Shown: positions 39,904 to 41,346 of the stretch, in pieces
How the letters are laid out: every line of letters begins with the position of its first letter
Numbering within the stretch: the stretch's first letter is position 1
Assembly: GCA_963803975.1 (NCBI GenBank)
Contig: CAWDOY010000050.1
Location: 1 to 41,346, forward strand
Source: an uncultured delta proteobacterium
GTDB taxonomy: Bacteria > Desulfobacterota > WTBG01 > CAIYCZ01
DNA: 41,346 nucleotides
Direction: 5' to 3'
Notes under the pieces: generated by a model
What the model saw: only the letters and a program-made list of their open reading frames with translations
What the model was told of the DNA's origin: nothing
Database searches by the model: none
Position numbers and translations under genes: made by a program

Positions 39904-41004
39904 CTATTTTTTTACCTTGAATTTCTTGTCGATCTTTTTCAGCTTCTCTACGATGCCGCCGTATTCAAGCTCGCTGAAGGGCAGCATGGCCGGGCCGAAA
40001 AAGCCCTGGCGCCGGATCTCCTGGGCCTTCTGGGAGATCTGACCGCGCACCCAGTCCCAGTATGGATGATCAAACGCATCCACCGCCTCGGTGAGTTTGC
40101 CGTCCCGGATGCAGAATGCGGCGCATGATACCACCGGCGGGCCGTCAAAGTAGGAGATGGATGAGTTGAGCTTTACCGGCATCAGCGGACCATGGTGGCT
40201 GCCCCGCATAAAGCCCGCCACATAGTGGCCGATAGTAAAGGTGGAGAGGATTTCCCCGGTTGCCGGGAAGTTGCCCTGGGTGCGGATGAGCATGATGGGG
40301 TCATCTTTACCGGTGTAGGTGCCGGCAATGTTGTGCAGGCGGGTGGTGCTGACGGATGCGGCCTGATCATTGTTTTTCCGTGAATATACGGATTCCACGA
40401 CAAACCGTTCCTGGTCGCGCAGCAGCGCCGCCAGGTCATACGTCTCTTCGGGTGTGTTGATATCCACAACCCGGTCAGCATCAACGTACTCAACATCCAT
40501 CACCGTGAACCTGAAGCCCTTCTCCTGGGAGGGGGCAAGGATGAGGCCGGAATTGTACATGGGGTCGGCAAAAGAGAGATAAACAGGCAGGTTATAGGCC
40601 CCGGGATCGGTCTTGTCCGCGGCAAAAAAGAGGAATGGCTCGTTGGGCCGCTCCTCAATTTCCATCTCCGCGACCGCAGGCCCCATTCCTTTTATGTTAC
40701 CGGAGAAAGAATCCTTGAGCAGGTCCTGGCCTGCGCCGTACAGCCCCTGTTTCTTTGCTACCTCGGTGCCTGCAAGAAAAGCATCGTATGCCATCTTGTG
40801 GACTTTTTCATCCAGCACCCCGCGTTTATGGGTACACAGTATTGCAATGTCATCACCGGTATAACTTATATAATGATCAATCAGAAGCCCCTTTGCCTTA
40901 TCCGCTATAACTTTCTTTACCTTGTTCAGCAATGCCTCACTTGGCCGAATGTGACCGCCGATACTCCCAACATCTGCTTTAATTACGCTGATTGTAACCT
41001 TCAT
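39904..41004 (-). CDS. fbp: Bifunctional fructose-1,6-bisphosphate aldolase/phosphatase (class V FBPase)
   Basis: KADVGSIGGH, GDDI, GLYGAGQDLL, GMGP, ADKTDPGAYN, YTGKDDP, MRGSH, FDGPP and ELEY motifs. Confidence 0.95.
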   Translation of the reverse strand: MKVTISVIKADVGSIGGHIRPSEALLNKVKKVIADKAKGLLIDHYISYTGDDIAILCTHKRGVLDEKVHKMAYDAFLAGTEVAKKQGLYGAGQDLLKDSFSGNIKGMGPAVAEMEIEERPNEPFLFFAADKTDPGAYNLPVYLSFADPMYNSGLILAPSQEKGFRFTVMDVEYVDADRVVDINTPEETYDLAALLRDQERFVVESVYSRKNNDQAASVSTTRLHNIAGTYTGKDDPIMLIRTQGNFPATGEILSTFTIGHYVAGFMRGSHHGPLMPVKLNSSISYFDGPPVVSCAAFCIRDGKLTEAVDAFDHPYWDWVRGQISQKAQEIRRQGFFGPAMLPFSELEYGGIVEKLKKIDKKFKVKK

Positions 41005-41225
41005 AGCATCCATCCTTTCTTTAACTTAAGGTTGCTCGAACTAACCCCTAATACCGCTCTATGATCCTAAAACTATCTAATTTTTTAGCTGCCAAAGTTT
41101 TTAGCATACATTTTTATTAAATGCAATTTATATATATAGTATTCATAAGGCCCTATGACAGTTTATTCACCATGCCAAAGGAAAGTATGATATGATATAA
41201 TTGGGTTTTTAGTTCAGAACGTTTT

Positions 41226-41346
41226 ATGAAGCATGACTTAAAAAATCTCTCCCTTGAAGAAACAGAGCAGCTTGTTTCCTCAATCGGGATGAAACCATAC
41301 CGCGCGCGGCAGATTGCCCAGTGGGTGTTCAGGCACCATGCGGTCT
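41226..41346 (+). CDS. rlmN: N-terminus of 23S rRNA m2A2503 methyltransferase (truncated by the window edge)
   Basis: MKHDLKNLSLEETEQLVSSIGMKPYRARQIAQWVF resembles the RlmN N-terminus. Confidence 0.7.
   Translation, partial: MKHDLKNLSLEETEQLVSSIGMKPYRARQIAQWVFRHHAV

Overview
This is a bacterial chromosomal window from a Gram-negative anaerobe, probably Desulfobacterota/'Deltaproteobacteria'-like (inferred from gene content). From left to right it holds: a complete class C group II intron inserted behind a terminator; an AT-rich gene for a secreted repeat protein; a housekeeping block (udg, coaBC, pgsA-like, hflX, miaA); LPS-core genes; several uncharacterised secreted proteins; a TMTC-like GT-C/TPR gene; and hbd. 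The standout region is ~21.4-37.5 kb, a co-oriented gene run behind a MarR gene. It encodes a nitrogenase-like, DPOR/COR-type reductase with two different NifH/BchL-like Fe proteins (one has Ser at the switch-I Asp), a BchN/NifD-like subunit, and a BchB-like subunit with two tandem C-terminal PCP_red-like domains. No nif, bch or cfb accessory genes are present in the window. The same run continues with secreted hydrolases, an OYE-type flavin oxidoreductase, a decayed second copy of the BchB-like gene, DUF1302/DUF1329 envelope proteins, an SDR and a PNPOx-like protein, which suggests uptake and reductive conversion of an unknown external substrate. The window ends with tlpA/ccdA-like genes, a MITE, dksA-like, FBP aldolase/phosphatase and the start of rlmN. 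Many genes carry single-base frameshifts that look like long-read errors. All family assignments are by motif recognition; no database searches were run.
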